DNA from: Takakia lepidozioides
Lineage: Eukaryota; Plantae; Bryophyta
Length of the DNA stretch: 64,000 bases
Assembly: GCA_030704615.1 (NCBI GenBank)
Contig: CM060732.1
Location: 8,680,001 to 8,744,000 of the forward strand
Reading direction: 5' to 3'
Of this stretch, positions 52,152 to 64,000 are shown one piece after another (position 1 is the stretch's first letter; every line of letters begins with the position of its first letter). The notes under the pieces were generated by a model, which worked only from the letters and a program-made list of their open reading frames with translations, was not told where the DNA came from and made no database searches. The position numbers and the translations under genes are program-made.

Positions 52152-55100
52152 ATGCCGAAGGGGAGGAAGCAGATGCGTACAGGAGGAGATTGCCATCTCC
52201 GAGCAGCAGGCCACTCAGGCAACCCAGCCACCAGTGAGAGCTCCATGCGATCGGGCTGCGCGCAGCTGATCGAGCACCGAACCCCCCATTTTGCTTCTGT
52301 AATTCTTAGACTGAATGCTAGGAGACTTGAATGCAGAACATGTTTGCATGCCTAACAGGAAAGGTGGACGTGCTGGAGGGATCGCAGGAATCCGAAGAGC
52401 CGCAGGAAGAGTCCGAGGAGCTAGCTGCAGCACGTACACCCACCCGATCCCCGAGCGCGGGTATTCCTGCCGGGCCTAGCCCTGTGCGATTCAAAGACGC
52501 GTCTTCGAAGGGCAAGTTCAAAGCCCCAGAGATCGACTCGCGTTCTTCGGTCATGGAGAATCGCCAGCAGGGGTCGGGCCCTTCTCCAGCAAAGTCGAAG
52601 AAGAAGCAGCCCGTCCCTCTACTGGCTTCTGAACCGGCTCAGGCCGATTCACCCCCCCCAACGCGAATGAAGCAGCAGGGTAAAAGACAGATTCAATTGC
52701 AGCAGACACCTTCACCTGCAAGGATGAGGAAGCAGAAGGCAATCAGGGCGACGGCCGAACAATCTCCCGCAAAACCGCTTCCACGAGCTGAAGCTCAGTT
52801 CCTGGAGGATTTCCCGCCTGCAGATGTTGGGGCCGATGCTGCAGCGAAGGCAATGGGATCGACCGTTGATCTCGATTTGGTACCGGAGGAGGGTGCTGCC
52901 GCTCAACGTTCGCAGCAAGACCTCACCACCGATGAGCAAGCAGGCCCGGAGGAGGCCTCTGCAATGGCAGAATTGCCCGCAACAGGCCCCAGAGTGCAGC
53001 TCCAGTTGAGGATGCTCCAGCTGCTCAGCCACTACCGGCACCTACAGACATGTCTCCGGAGGATTTCAAAAGTGCAGCGGATAAAATGTTGGAGGAGACA
53101 CAGTAGCATTGGCAGAGTTCTGGGCAGCAGGGTATTCCAGCGGACTCTTCGAATCCCACTCTGTCGCATGGTCTCCCTTCCCATCGTCAGGCAGGCCCTT
53201 CCCGGAGATGTGGATAAGCTCAAGTTCGCATTTCGAGAAGGGTACCGTCTGGGATCGGCAGCGTTTTACGTTTCCATTGAGAATGAGGACGGCGAAACTC
53301 GTGGACCCACTGCCGATGAATTGTCAACGTGGGATACCCACTGGCACACTCGCAACCACGAATTCGAGGCGACGCTGAAGGGTGATCCAGACTTCGGCCA
53401 TATGTCGGGTAAAATGTTCTTTGTGTGGGACGGGAATCACCGACTTCTCGCCTGGTGGGAGTACATCAAGCAGAACCATGCCAAGCACATTGGCTGGCAT
53501 TACATGGTGGAGTGTGTCATCCTCAAGGTGAAGGCGGCAGACTCCTCCCTGCTCAAGAATGCCATGGCGGACCTCAACTCGTAAGATACTCATACCCTCC
53601 CTAGCACGTTCGAAATGCGGTGCCGCATTTCGGTTTCCATTCTGGTTTGTTTCCGTGCTTCCGTGTACTGAACTGGAGAGTGTGCCTTGCAGGGTCACTG
53701 AGAATGCGTACGTGCATACCCACATGGCACATATGCTGTACAGGGTGAGGAAAACTGGTCTCACTGATCCGCAGATGTTTGCGGAAATGCTGGAGCCCGA
53801 GCTCATTCAGAAAGCCGTTGCAAAAACAGACCGGACATGGTATCGTCTCACTATGGATGGAATGGTGGAGGTGATATACGAAGTAAGTCGTCCTCCAATT
53901 TCCCTCTGCTCATCCTTCCCCAATTTCAGTAATGTTTCCACATGAATCGAATGTAACGCTTCTGCATGTTTTTGTTGGCAGTCAAACATCAAGCTGGATT
54001 TGGCCCATGCCAAACGCTTCTTCATGGAAAGTGAGGGGCAGGTCAAAACGTTGCAGTCATTGACTGAGCACTTGAAGGAAGCCGGTGTCAAGTCCAGAAC
54101 CAAATACAAGTCAAAGCTTGTGAAGCTGGTGGCAATTGCAGATCCGGCACTTGGAAAGGACTTCATCCCCGAGATTGCAAAACACTATTCTCGGGCCATG
54201 CAGCCGACCATGCAATTGGAGAAACTGCATCACCTCTCAACGGCATGTGTGGAGGCGAAAGAGAAGGTGAGGTTTCAATGCACTGAAGTTCCTTCCTAGC
54301 AATAGCCACTCTCTTCCAGCTCCTGACATTGGATCGGAAATGGCAGACACGGTGGCTGTCGATCTGGAATGCATCCGAGAGCATAAGGACAATGTGGTCT
54401 TTTCCACTGGAAGTTTCCGACCCTGCAGTGGATGTGTGGCTCAACCGTATGACTTGGTGGTTCCAGGTAATTCAAGGTACTTCCCCAGATTTGCTTTTCT
54501 GAAATGAATTCCCTGAACTGCTACGTGACAATGCATTTGGGAATCGCAGGTAATGTCGAATGCGAAGGAGCAAGTCGTAATGCACACAAATTCGTTCGGC
54601 TTGTACGTCAAATGGGATGGAACACAGACATTGGAAGACTACGTGACACGTTTCAGATGTGCGTACAAGGACAACCTTTTCGCCAGAGAGCTACAGACAG
54701 CAAGAAGGAGCGTGGAGTTTACACATCAGGAGGGAGCGGGGAAAGCTGCAATGCGAATTGTTTACAGGTGAAGCACAGCCCTTGTATGCGAAGCCTGGTT
54801 ACGAGGTTTGTCTCGGAAATGCGGCACCGCATTCGCATTTTATGTTTTCGGTGGCACTCTGCGAGTAGGTTGGTCTCAACTTTTGCTCACGCATGCTGAC
54901 TGCCTTGCAGGTATATGAAATACGTGCTCCTTCAGACAGGGGCCCTGGCTCAAGAGCCCCCGTTCTTCATGGCTTGGACCGTGGCGGGCCCAAGCTGTGT
55001 CTACACACCCGAGATGCAGAAACAATGGCATCCCGCGCATCTCGTTGGATGCCCGTGGTACCTGGACATGTCTGGCGGTATTGTTGACGAGTCTGAGAAA

Positions 55101-57254
55101 GATCTGCACGCCTTGGCAGAAGAGAAGAGAAAGGAAAGACGTGTCCCTGCTGGGCCAAAGTCGGCAAAGGAATCTGCTGCTCTGGAAGAATCCAGAAAGG
55201 CAGCTGAGATGGCACAAAAGACGGTGGATGCAGCTGTGCAGGCCCAACAGAAGGGGTCGAAGAAGAGGACTCGCCAGCAAGGAGCAGCTGTTGTGACACC
55301 CGCCAAAACGAAGAAGCAGAAACAGCCTGTTCAGGAAGAGGGTGAGGAAGAGGACTCCGATGGAGACTTTGCAACCAGCCCACCCCCCAAACGCAGGCTG
55401 CCTCCCCTGTGCCCACCGTTGTCACGAGAGGCACGAGAACTGGCTCGGCAAAGAAGGCACTCTTCAACCCCAGGGGGGCACCCTTTCGAGCCGGGTGGAA
55501 ATGAAGAGGCCGAAAGTGGCTCCCGAAACAGTAGTCCAGTGTGTAAATGAGAGTTTCTTGGCGGCTTTGGATGGACGGGCAGCCAAGTTGGCATACATGA
55601 AGACCATGGAGGGTCTGAAGGGCAGAGCACTGAAGAAGGCGACTGCCGAAGAGCCTTCCGACACCCCAGGATTTCAGAATATGGTCTCGTTCTTTGAGAG
55701 GGTGTGTGCAGACAAGGATTGTAGGAGGGGCGGAAATGCCACCGAGTGGTCTTGCGATATGATCATCTTGGATATTCCGGACGGAGAGCCTGTGGAAGGA
55801 CTGCAAGCTTTGCCATCTTGGAACAGGTACTCGGAGGACTTTTGGAAGAAAGGATTCGGGCTTGCCCGCATGGTGTTGGACGACAGAGGCTGTGTGGTTG
55901 TCCTGGCGAGCAGAGGAAAAAACACTCAGACAGGAATTGCGAAGTGGACCGCAAGAGCGCCGTCCCGATTCTGAAAAAGAAGTGGACGTGCATCAACACA
56001 CTGGGCCTTCGGTCGGAAGGGAAGAAGGTGATTACGACACTGGCACTCGTCCATTCATTTGCTTGGGTGTTTTCAAATGCGGTGCCGCATTCGGTTTCTA
56101 ATCGTTCCCCCTGTGTATGCAGACGAAGCAGTTCGATGCATACTGCTTTGTGAAGGAGAACTCCACCTTTGCTTTCCGGAAGGAGGGAGGAAAGGTTGAC
56201 CCGAACTGCGACCCACTCGATTACGACGTTCTGTTCAACAACGTTCCCAAGGAACTTCTCCCTCATAGCCTCACTTCAACGGAACCCCTGCGGTACTCAC
56301 GGACTCGGAGCCCTGCCTTCATTCAGACAATTATGGAGACATGCACAGACGTGGAGGGCACAGTGCTCGACCTCATCTGTGGGACAGGTATGCAGAATCT
56401 TGATCTATGCTGTTCTGCAAATTCTCGTTAGGATGTAGTTCGCAACATCTGAAGCGCCATGTGGTAATGTGTGGATGGCATTGTAACAGGTGCCTCAATG
56501 TGGGCTGGGCGGTTTTCCGACCGGCACCTCTTTGCCTACGAGGAGGATTCATCCGTGTGGGGATCCCATCTGGAAGGGCTGCAACGGAATGTTAAGGCTC
56601 CCGACAGAGCGGAAGTCTCCTCGGATTCGTCGGAGTCCGAGGAAGACACAGTGGACATTGATGCGGAGGAGAACCCGGAATACGAGTGAGTGCAAACATT
56701 GTAAGTTTGCAAAGCCTTCTGGGTCATTTTGTCAAACGAATTTCCCGACTGTGGTTCTCATTAGTCGTTGATGATTGTCATGTGCAGGATTGCAGGGTCC
56801 GGGTCGAAACATGTAGGGCCTACACTTCCTGCCAGGAAGAATGTCCCGTTCTTTGCGAGGGCCGACTTCATGACGAGCCCGGTGAGGGACTACTCCCTTC
56901 CTAGTTATGCAGCTAAACTCGCAAATACAGCGATTAGAAGAAGTGAGAATCCCAGTAAAGTAGCAGATTTTGGAGAGGGCTAGGGAGGACAGAAGGATAA
57001 GGAAAGAGTTGGCAGCAGCTCAGACAGGTAGACGGGTACGAAAGTACATATGTGATTCAGCGGATGAGAGCGACGCAGACAGGGAGGAAGACGACCCAAC
57101 GGAGGTGAGATGGACAGTTCCGCAAGGGGAAGATGGGATTTTCGAAAGCCTGGCCAACGAGCAGTCCGCTGGAGATGAGAAAGGCACTGAGGGGGTGGAG
57201 GCGGAGCAGGACAGTCTAGAACAGGATGAGGATTCGGATGATTTTCAAGATTAA
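52152..57254 (+). CDS. Multi-exon gene: low-complexity N-terminus, ParB/Srx-like domain, and beta-class N4C/N6A DNA methyltransferase-like domain (frameshifts present; start uncertain)
   Basis: FFVWDGNHRLLAW (53429-43); DMIILDIPDG (55771-82); LARMVLDDRGCVVV; splice 56387/56490 yields RSPAFIQTIMETCTDVEGTVLDLICGTGASMWAGRFSDRHLFAYEED; GT-AG introns at e.g. 53581-53692 and 56388-56489. Confidence 0.7.
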
Positions 57255-57389
57255 TAGAATTTTAATGAAGTCTCTGTAAATGTAAATTCTCTTCCAGAGT
57301 ATATAAAGGAAATTCTGCCCGACATTCGTGACCCCTCTCCAGTGTGCATTCCAGCCACACAATCGCCAAACCACGACGCTCCCAAAATC

Positions 57390-58050
57390 AGAAATGGGGC
57401 ACCGCATTTCCAAAATTTTGGCAACTCTAAGAACCTCTTTTGGAAATGCGGCACCGCATTTCCAAAACAGGGGAGGGACTAAATTTTCCATTTCAATGTT
57501 GGCATAGTAAAAAGTAATCGGAATTGGAAATGCGGTGCCGCATTTCCAAAATTTCCTTTGTCCACACGCAGTTTTGGCCTCTCCCGCTCATTGCATGGAT
57601 GCCACCACGCTTACAGAGGTCGAACAAGGAGGTCGAACAAGGAGGTCAGATGGCGGAATTGAAATGCGGTGCCGCATTTCCATATTGGGGATGGTCGTTG
57701 TTCGAACTGCAGGCCCATCAGCAAAAATTGGCACCGCATTCCATTGTAAAAAAAAGTCGATGACGGACATGGAAATGCGGCGCCGCATTTCCAGAACGGA
57801 CATCGCAATTTGTCCATTTGCAGACCCTCTCACGGAAATGCGGTAACGCATTCCATCGCGCTGGTCGGAAATGTCACTTTTCGAAGTGTTGGACGGAAAT
57901 GCGGCACCGCATTCCCTTGTCCAAAAAGAAGTTTCCATTGCCAAGCTGGAAATGCGTCGCCGCATTTGCAATGCCAACCTCGTTTCTGTCCAATTTATAG
58001 ACCCGTGTTGGTATTTCGTGTACCTGGACGGAAATGATGCACCGCATTGT
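57390..58050. repeat. Second array (~10 copies) of the GGAAATGCGGnnCCGCATTTCC palindrome
   Basis: Copies at ~57391, 57442, 57526, 57660, 57771, 57834, 57895, 57948 and 58030. Confidence 0.88.
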
Positions 58051-58306
58051 TTGACTACAAATTCGACTAATTTGCCGGTTTACTCTGGTATATTCTTGAC
58101 ACATGACTCACATACCGGTTACTCTGCTATATTCATCCGGAAAGACACATTGTAGAAATGAGACATCAAATTGTAAATAGTGGGCCAATTCGACAGTATT
58201 CAACACAATGAAACACAATCATACAGAAGTGAGGTACGATGGGTTTATTGATAGGACACGATGTCTCACATTTACCAACTGCAGACAAAACTAAGCCCTT
58301 CCTCCT

Positions 58307-58920
58307 CTACATGGGCTTCACCAAGTCGACGGAACTTCGATAACCCCAAACAAGCTCATCACTGCTGCGGCACCTCGAGGTAAACTGCAATTCGGTCGTT
58401 CTGCTGCCCTTGTTGGAGCCGACGACAATGTCATGTCCATCAATGATACCACCATCATACATTGACAAGGTCACTGTGGGCCTCATGTGCCCGTGCGATT
58501 CGTCTCGCAACTCAGCCGAATGTCTCCATACACTGGAAGAGCGGGAGTGATCTGCACGTATATAGTTTTCCCCGGTGCCGTCCTCCCTGGTCCACTGGCA
58601 GCAGAGTTCCAGCGCCAAAGCGAGGCCGTGCGTGATCTGTCCGGCATCCCTTTCCAGCTTGGTATATCGAGGTCAAAATTTTCGACCCACGGACCGCATT
58701 GACCCTCGCCCTCACCTCGCTCAAAGCGGTTAATAGCCCTCCAGATTACTCCATTGCGCGCAAAGACTCTTGCTTGATTCCAGCAGCGTCTGTGAAAACA
58801 GAGAGCAGACAATGATGTCTCCTCAATTCTGGTTTGAACATAGTATAATCGTGGCCATGATAGGGCAGTCGGCTGGATTTTGGCGGCACGACATCCTTGA
58901 AAAAGAGTAGCGGAGTACAC
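58307..58920 (-). CDS. Unknown cargo protein A (paralogue of 59444-59970)
   Basis: ELCCQWT...RSSSVWRHS...VTLSMYDGGIIDGHDIVV. Confidence 0.45.
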
Positions 58921-59443
58921 TCAATGACAGCAGCTCCCGGATGGAGGAGGAGCAGCGCGGTGGCTGGAAAAAGTTCAAGCTAACGCTGCAATTCCTCACA
59001 AACACTCCAGGGCACATTTAAATTCCCCCCTACAGGATCCTGGACCGATGAAGATTAGCTGCTTCATGAATGTAGCCGTTTCAGTTTCCTACCCTGCCAT
59101 GCAAACTATGGGACTCACTGCCAGGTGGGCCGATAGCCACTGGACACGACGAAGTCCATCCCCTATTCGATGTAAATGCGGCGCCGAATTCCATCCGGGG
59201 GGATGGACTCGGTGGCAGATCTCAAACTATAACTTGTTGATGAGAAAGATGTATGGGTTCATCCACCGCCGGCGTGATGAACACGTTCCACCTCCGTCGT
59301 GTGGTACGTGGACGCAGATGCTCCATATTGGAGGCCGGACTGCTCTTCCGCTTCGCATCATTTCCAAAATCTAGGGCTTCGTAGCTGTCCGCAAGGTCAT
59401 TGTCATCTGCATCCAAGTCGTCCTCAGGTCCTCCTTTGCAAGG

Positions 59444-59970
59444 ATGCCGTGCTTCCGGAACCGGGACGACTGCCCATTTGGAGGCATCGATTATGCAATG
59501 TATTCGGCCACATCGGGAGACATTGTTATCTGGTACACAGATTACAGAGAAGATATTGGTTCGATTGTGGAAACATTGGTGGCTTTTGAGTATATCCTAG
59601 GCCACTACGCCTTCGAGCGGGGTGACGATCTTGGTCTGAGGAGTCCGTGGCTCCTGCGCATCCTCGATCCGATTTTCCCAGCTACGACGGTCACCCATGC
59701 AGAAGAAGGCGCACTGCTATGCTGTTGCGTGGAGGAGAACTGCTGCCACTGGACGTGGGTGGACTCCATCGGAGAGACCTATTCTCCTCAAGGAGTGCGC
59801 TCCTCTTCTCCATTGTATGGGGACATTCGCATTGGGTGGACGACGAAAACGTGAAGATTTCCATATTCGATGGTGGTATGATTGAAGGGCAGGACATTGT
59901 GGTGAACATCACTAGGGGCGGTTACAATGGCTGCAATCGACTTTACATGGAGGAGCCCCATGATTCATGA
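59444..59970 (+). CDS. Unknown cargo protein B (frameshift near 59810 relative to A)
   Basis: ENCCHWT...RSSS / IVWGHS...VKISIFDGGMIEGQDIVV. Confidence 0.45.
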
Positions 59971-60607
59971 GCTAGTTCTGAGAGCAGTCGAAGTCCCATT
60001 GACAACGTGACTTGTATTCAGTAGGCACAGGGCTAAAGATTTGATTGCACAATCAGCACAGTAGACGTGCTTCAAATGCAATTCATGTGGATCAATAAAA
60101 ACCTCATTGTGTCCTCTTTTTATTCTATTTTGCGTCCATCGTTCCCAGAATGCGTCATTGCTCATTTCGTTTGGGATTGGGAGTGTGGGTGGATTTTGCA
60201 AGTGGCTGGTAGGCTGAAATGGGCCCCCATTGTACAGAGCAGTACCACCCTACCATTCGCGAAACATTGCCTTTCAATATATAATTCTAAATAACATTGC
60301 CGAACCTCCTTCATCGGGAGGTCCTTCTCCCCCTATGACCGTGGCACCCTAAACCCTATTCTCGCGGACACTCATTTCCGGAAAATAGTGCTGCTCATGT
60401 TTTTTTCCACACTTACGACTCTGCTCATGGCTCATGCCGCTCATGGCTCATGGCTCATGAAATAGCAGCCCCCGAATCATTCCTAGATCGCCACACCTAC
60501 AAAGGATTTTTTTCATGGATTTTTCATTAATCAATCATAGAAATAAGCTACAGGCATGTACATGTATAATCAATCGAAGGGATGGATAAAATTATGTGCG
60601 AGAATTA

Positions 60608-62092
60608 TTATGTAGCTTTGATTACGTGTCTAATCAACTTGAACATCATCATCCGGAGCTTCTTCATCCTCATCAAGCTGCAAGTCTTCTTGCTCATCAG
60701 AGTCATTGTCATAAATGGCCTGGTCACCAAAAGGCACATCTGAATCATCTTCCACCTCGGTTTCAATGACCATGTCTTCATCTTCTTCTCCAACATCCGC
60801 ATTTGATAGAGCCTCATCGTATAAGGTCCGGGATGCATTGTCTGGGGCGTCATCATTCTCTTATACCCCCTCTATCCAACCTCGGCCAACATCAGCGTCA
60901 TCATGACCAGTCTCTTCCTCCTCCGCATCTGCCTCGCCCTATGTAGATACCCGACCATGATAGATACGTCTTCCTCTTGGCTGAGCATGCACAACCACCT
61001 TCCAATTTCTTGATCCAGAGAAGAAAACTTGCTCCATGTCTGAAGGCCATGAAAAAGGCTCATCGGAGGGACGATGAGTAGACTCGAGCCTATCTGTATT
61101 GACGCGCATGAAACCACACTCGTCTTCCACTATTGTTGCGGATGGCCCGACAAGATGTGGCTGGAACCACCTGGCCTTGAAGATAAGAGGCTGGTGCCTT
61201 GTATATTGAAGTTGGAGTATGCTCTCAAGCTCTCCAAAGTAGTTGAGTGTGTTCATGGTAGGTCGTGTATCTCCCCTGCCCCACACGGAGTATTGACAAT
61301 ATGAGGCACACAAGCCAAAATCAAACGTTATTTTGCGCTTCATGTCAAGAGCACAAATGCGGAAATGACGACCATGAACCCAAACCGCCGTGTATGAGGT
61401 CGCAAATTGAGAGGGGCCCCTTGCAATGTCTTGCACCAAATTTGAAACCACCTCACCTTTCGCAATGCTATCCTCTACTTAAGTCCGAAGCCTAGAGGCT
61501 GCAATTCCATGGGCAATTCTTGTGAAGGCACATTCCTACGCCGGCCCCTTGCTCGCGGAGCGCGTGTAGTCGCCCTTGCATGGTTCTGCCTCCATGCAAC
61601 CGTCTCCTCCTGTCGTTGCTGAACAAGGTTATTGTATCTTGCCTCCCACTCATGTATGGATGGGGTGTTCTTTAGTATGAATTCATGCGCTTGGTTAATC
61701 ACCATGATGGGTAGTTTTACCCTATTTGAATTTTTGGGCAAAATGATGTCCTTGGTTTGTACATCCTCATCTTCCTTCCACATCGGAGAGGCTTCCTTAT
61801 CCACCCTTGCCAAGCACTCCATGCAGTAGAACATAGCCTTTTGCAATGTATACCCCTCCGCCATGCTACCCTCTGGGTGTGCCATTTGTCTTATATGTGC
61901 TTTCAAAGTCTTCATGTATCGCTCAAGGTAGTACATCCACCGAGAATGAACGAGGCCAGCAATCGAAGCCTCTTCCACTGAGTGCACTTGGATGTCAAAG
62001 AAGGAGGAAGGAAGGTGCATCTCCAACATACACATGACCACCGCCGCCTCCTTCTTCATGCGTGGAAAGTCCGCTTCCTCCAGCTCTTTGGA
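60608..62092 (-). mobile_element. CACTA TnpD transposase 3' half (DUF4218/DUF4216-like), degenerate
   Basis: LPSSFFDIQVH..RWMYYLERYMKTLK..PEGSMAEGY; YFGELESI..FKARWF..DECGF..DEPF..QVFF..WKVV. Confidence 0.88.
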
Positions 62093-62875
62093 CACTACAA
62101 CAAATGGGGTGGGGGGGGGGGGGGGTTTGCGACGCCAGCCGTGCCCCCACACCCCGCGCGGAGCGTGTTTGCGACGCCGGGCCGTCGCAGCCAAACCCCG
62201 CGGATCGCCACCTGGCCGTCACACGGGTTGATGAAGGGCAAAAGGCAGCCCTTCCATGCGACGCCCAAGCGTCGCCCCCATCGAAAGGCAGAAGACAGCC
62301 TTTTCTGGCGACGGCCGGTCGTCGCACGCCGAAAAAAAAAACCCTGTCTTGCCCCTTTTTTCATCGCAGCCCTTTCTTTTGACGTCACGCCATCGCATGA
62401 TGGCATGAAGGGCAAAAGGCCCTTGCGACAGTCGGGCGTCGCAAACTGCCCGGCTGCCCTATTCTTGCACAAAAAAAAAAATGGCAGAGTTTGCGACGGC
62501 TGGCCGTCGCCGTTTGCGACCCCTGGCCTAATAAATCCATCCAAAAAAACAGGTCGCAGTTGTCAAGAAAGAAGGCAAATGCAATGAATATGTTAGAGCA
62601 ACACATACAGATGTGGTATAAAGAGAATTATCAAAATGAATGTCACAATCTACAAGAAGGTCCACAACAACAAGCTAAACCATAAAGAAAAACAAACACC
62701 CACCCCAGTACCATATGGAAAAAAAAAAAAAACTAAGAACTCCCAAAGGCCCTAAACCTAAACCTAGAAAACCCAGCCGTCGCTGCCTGCGACTCCCACG
62801 CGTCGCCACCTGCGACGCGTTTTTTAGGATTTATGAGGCTGGGGGTCGCAAACGTCGACGGCAAGACTACCAGCC
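62093..62875. mobile_element. CACTA terminus with GCGACG/CGTCGC subterminal repeats, nested in TnpD
   Basis: CACTACAACAAAT at 62093 truncates the TnpD ORF. Confidence 0.8.
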
Positions 62876-62969
62876 ACAACCATATTTGATCAATCATAGA
62901 AATAAAGTACAATATGCATGTACATGTACAATCAATCGAAGGGATGGGTCCAGTTCGGTACGAGAATTG

Positions 62970-64000
62970 TTATGAAGCTTTGATTTTATGTCTAATCAAC
63001 TTGAACATGATCATCCGGAGCTTCTTCATCCTCATCAAGCTGCAAGTCTTCTTGGTCATTGGAGTCATCGTCATAAATGGCCCGGCCCTCAAAAGGCACC
63101 TCCGAATCATCCTCCACCTCGTTGTCAATGGCCGTGTCTTTGTTTCGTTCTCCAACATCCGTATCTTCTAGAGCTTCATCATATAGGGTCCAGGATGCAT
63201 TGTCCGGGGTGTCATCATCCTCTTTTACCCCCTCTATCCAACCTCCATCATCAGCATCATTATGACCAGTCTCTCCGTCCACCGCAATTGCCTCACCCCA
63301 TGGAGATCCGAGACCATAATAGATACGTCTTCCTCTTGGCTGAGCATACACAACCACCTTCCAATTCCCCCCTCTTGTTTTGTCATCGGAGAAGAAATCT
63401 TGCTCCATGTCTGAAGGCCGTGAAAAAGGCTCATCGGAGGGACGATGAATAGGGTTGAGCCTATCTGCATTGACGCGCATGAAACCCCAATCATCTTGCA
63501 CTAGTGTTGCGGAGGGCCCCACAAGATGTGGCTGGAACCACCTTCTCTTGAAGAGAAGAGGCCGGTACCTTGTATACTGAAGTTGGAGTATGCTCTCAAG
63601 CTCTCCAATGTACTCAAGTTTGCTCATAGCAGGTCGTGTATCTCCCTTGCCCCACACAGAGTCTTGCCAATATGTGGCACACAAGCCAGAATCAAAGGTT
63701 GTTTTGCGCTTCATGTCAAGAGCACAAATACGAAAATGACGACCGTGAACCCAAACCGCCGTGTATGAGGTCGCGAATTGAGAGGGGCCCCTTGCAATGT
63801 CTTATACCAAATCTGAAACCACCTCTCCTTGAGCAACGGCGTCATAAACTGAAGTCCAAAGCCATTGTTGGAATGAACTTAGAGGCTGCAATTCCATGGG
63901 CAAATTTTGTGAAGGAACATTCTGGCGGCCCGCTCCTCGTCGTGGGCGTCTAGTAACCGGCCTTGGATGGTTCCGCCTCCATGCAATCGTCTCCTCCTCT
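62970..64000 (-). mobile_element. Second CACTA TnpD 3' region (DUF4216-like), close paralogue of 60608-61600
   Basis: YIGELESILQLQY..FKRRWF..DDWGFMRVN..DEPF..WKVVVYAQPR; runs off the window. Confidence 0.88.

Larger units (their letters stand above)
45396..60473. mobile_element. ~15-kb Mutator-like DNA transposon with cargo genes
   Basis: Inverted termini CTATTTCATGAGC (45405-17) / GCTCATGAAATAG (60453-65) with CATGAGC subterminal repeats; internal MULE transposase; no TSD recognised. Confidence 0.8.

Noticed and set aside
45385-60485. Target-site duplication for the 15-kb element
   Set aside because: Flanks (acttgtcca vs gaatcattc) do not match, so a single clean insertion is unproven; flanking rearrangement is possible.

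Overview
Eukaryotic, TE-dense plant genomic DNA, most consistent with a non-seed land plant such as a bryophyte or lycophyte (inference only). Host genes: one intact five-exon MFT-like PEBP gene (8009-10395, +) and the two 3' exons of TRM112 (26829-27826, -). Most of the rest is nested transposons. (1) A LINE is split by a 9-bp-TSD non-autonomous element, which contains a chimeric Ty3/gypsy element whose pol reads protease - DNMT3-like C5 methyltransferase - RT - integrase - PHD finger. (2) CACTA TnpA- and TnpD-like remnants. (3) A ~120-bp satellite hosts a RING fragment and an RNaseH+RLE (Dualen-like) retroelement with a structured 3' RNA. (4) The standout is a ~15-kb TIR-bounded Mutator-like element (45396-60473). 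It carries a GCM/MULE/SWIM transposase and, divergently, a multi-exon gene joining a ParB/Srx-like DGNHR domain to a beta-class N4C/N6A DNA-methyltransferase-like domain. Roughly 40 copies of the palindrome GGAAATGCGGnnCCGCATTTCC lie in the element's intergenic DNA and introns. This looks like a candidate self-targeting (parS-like) epigenetic or anti-silencing system. All domain calls come from motif recognition by eye, not from database searches.
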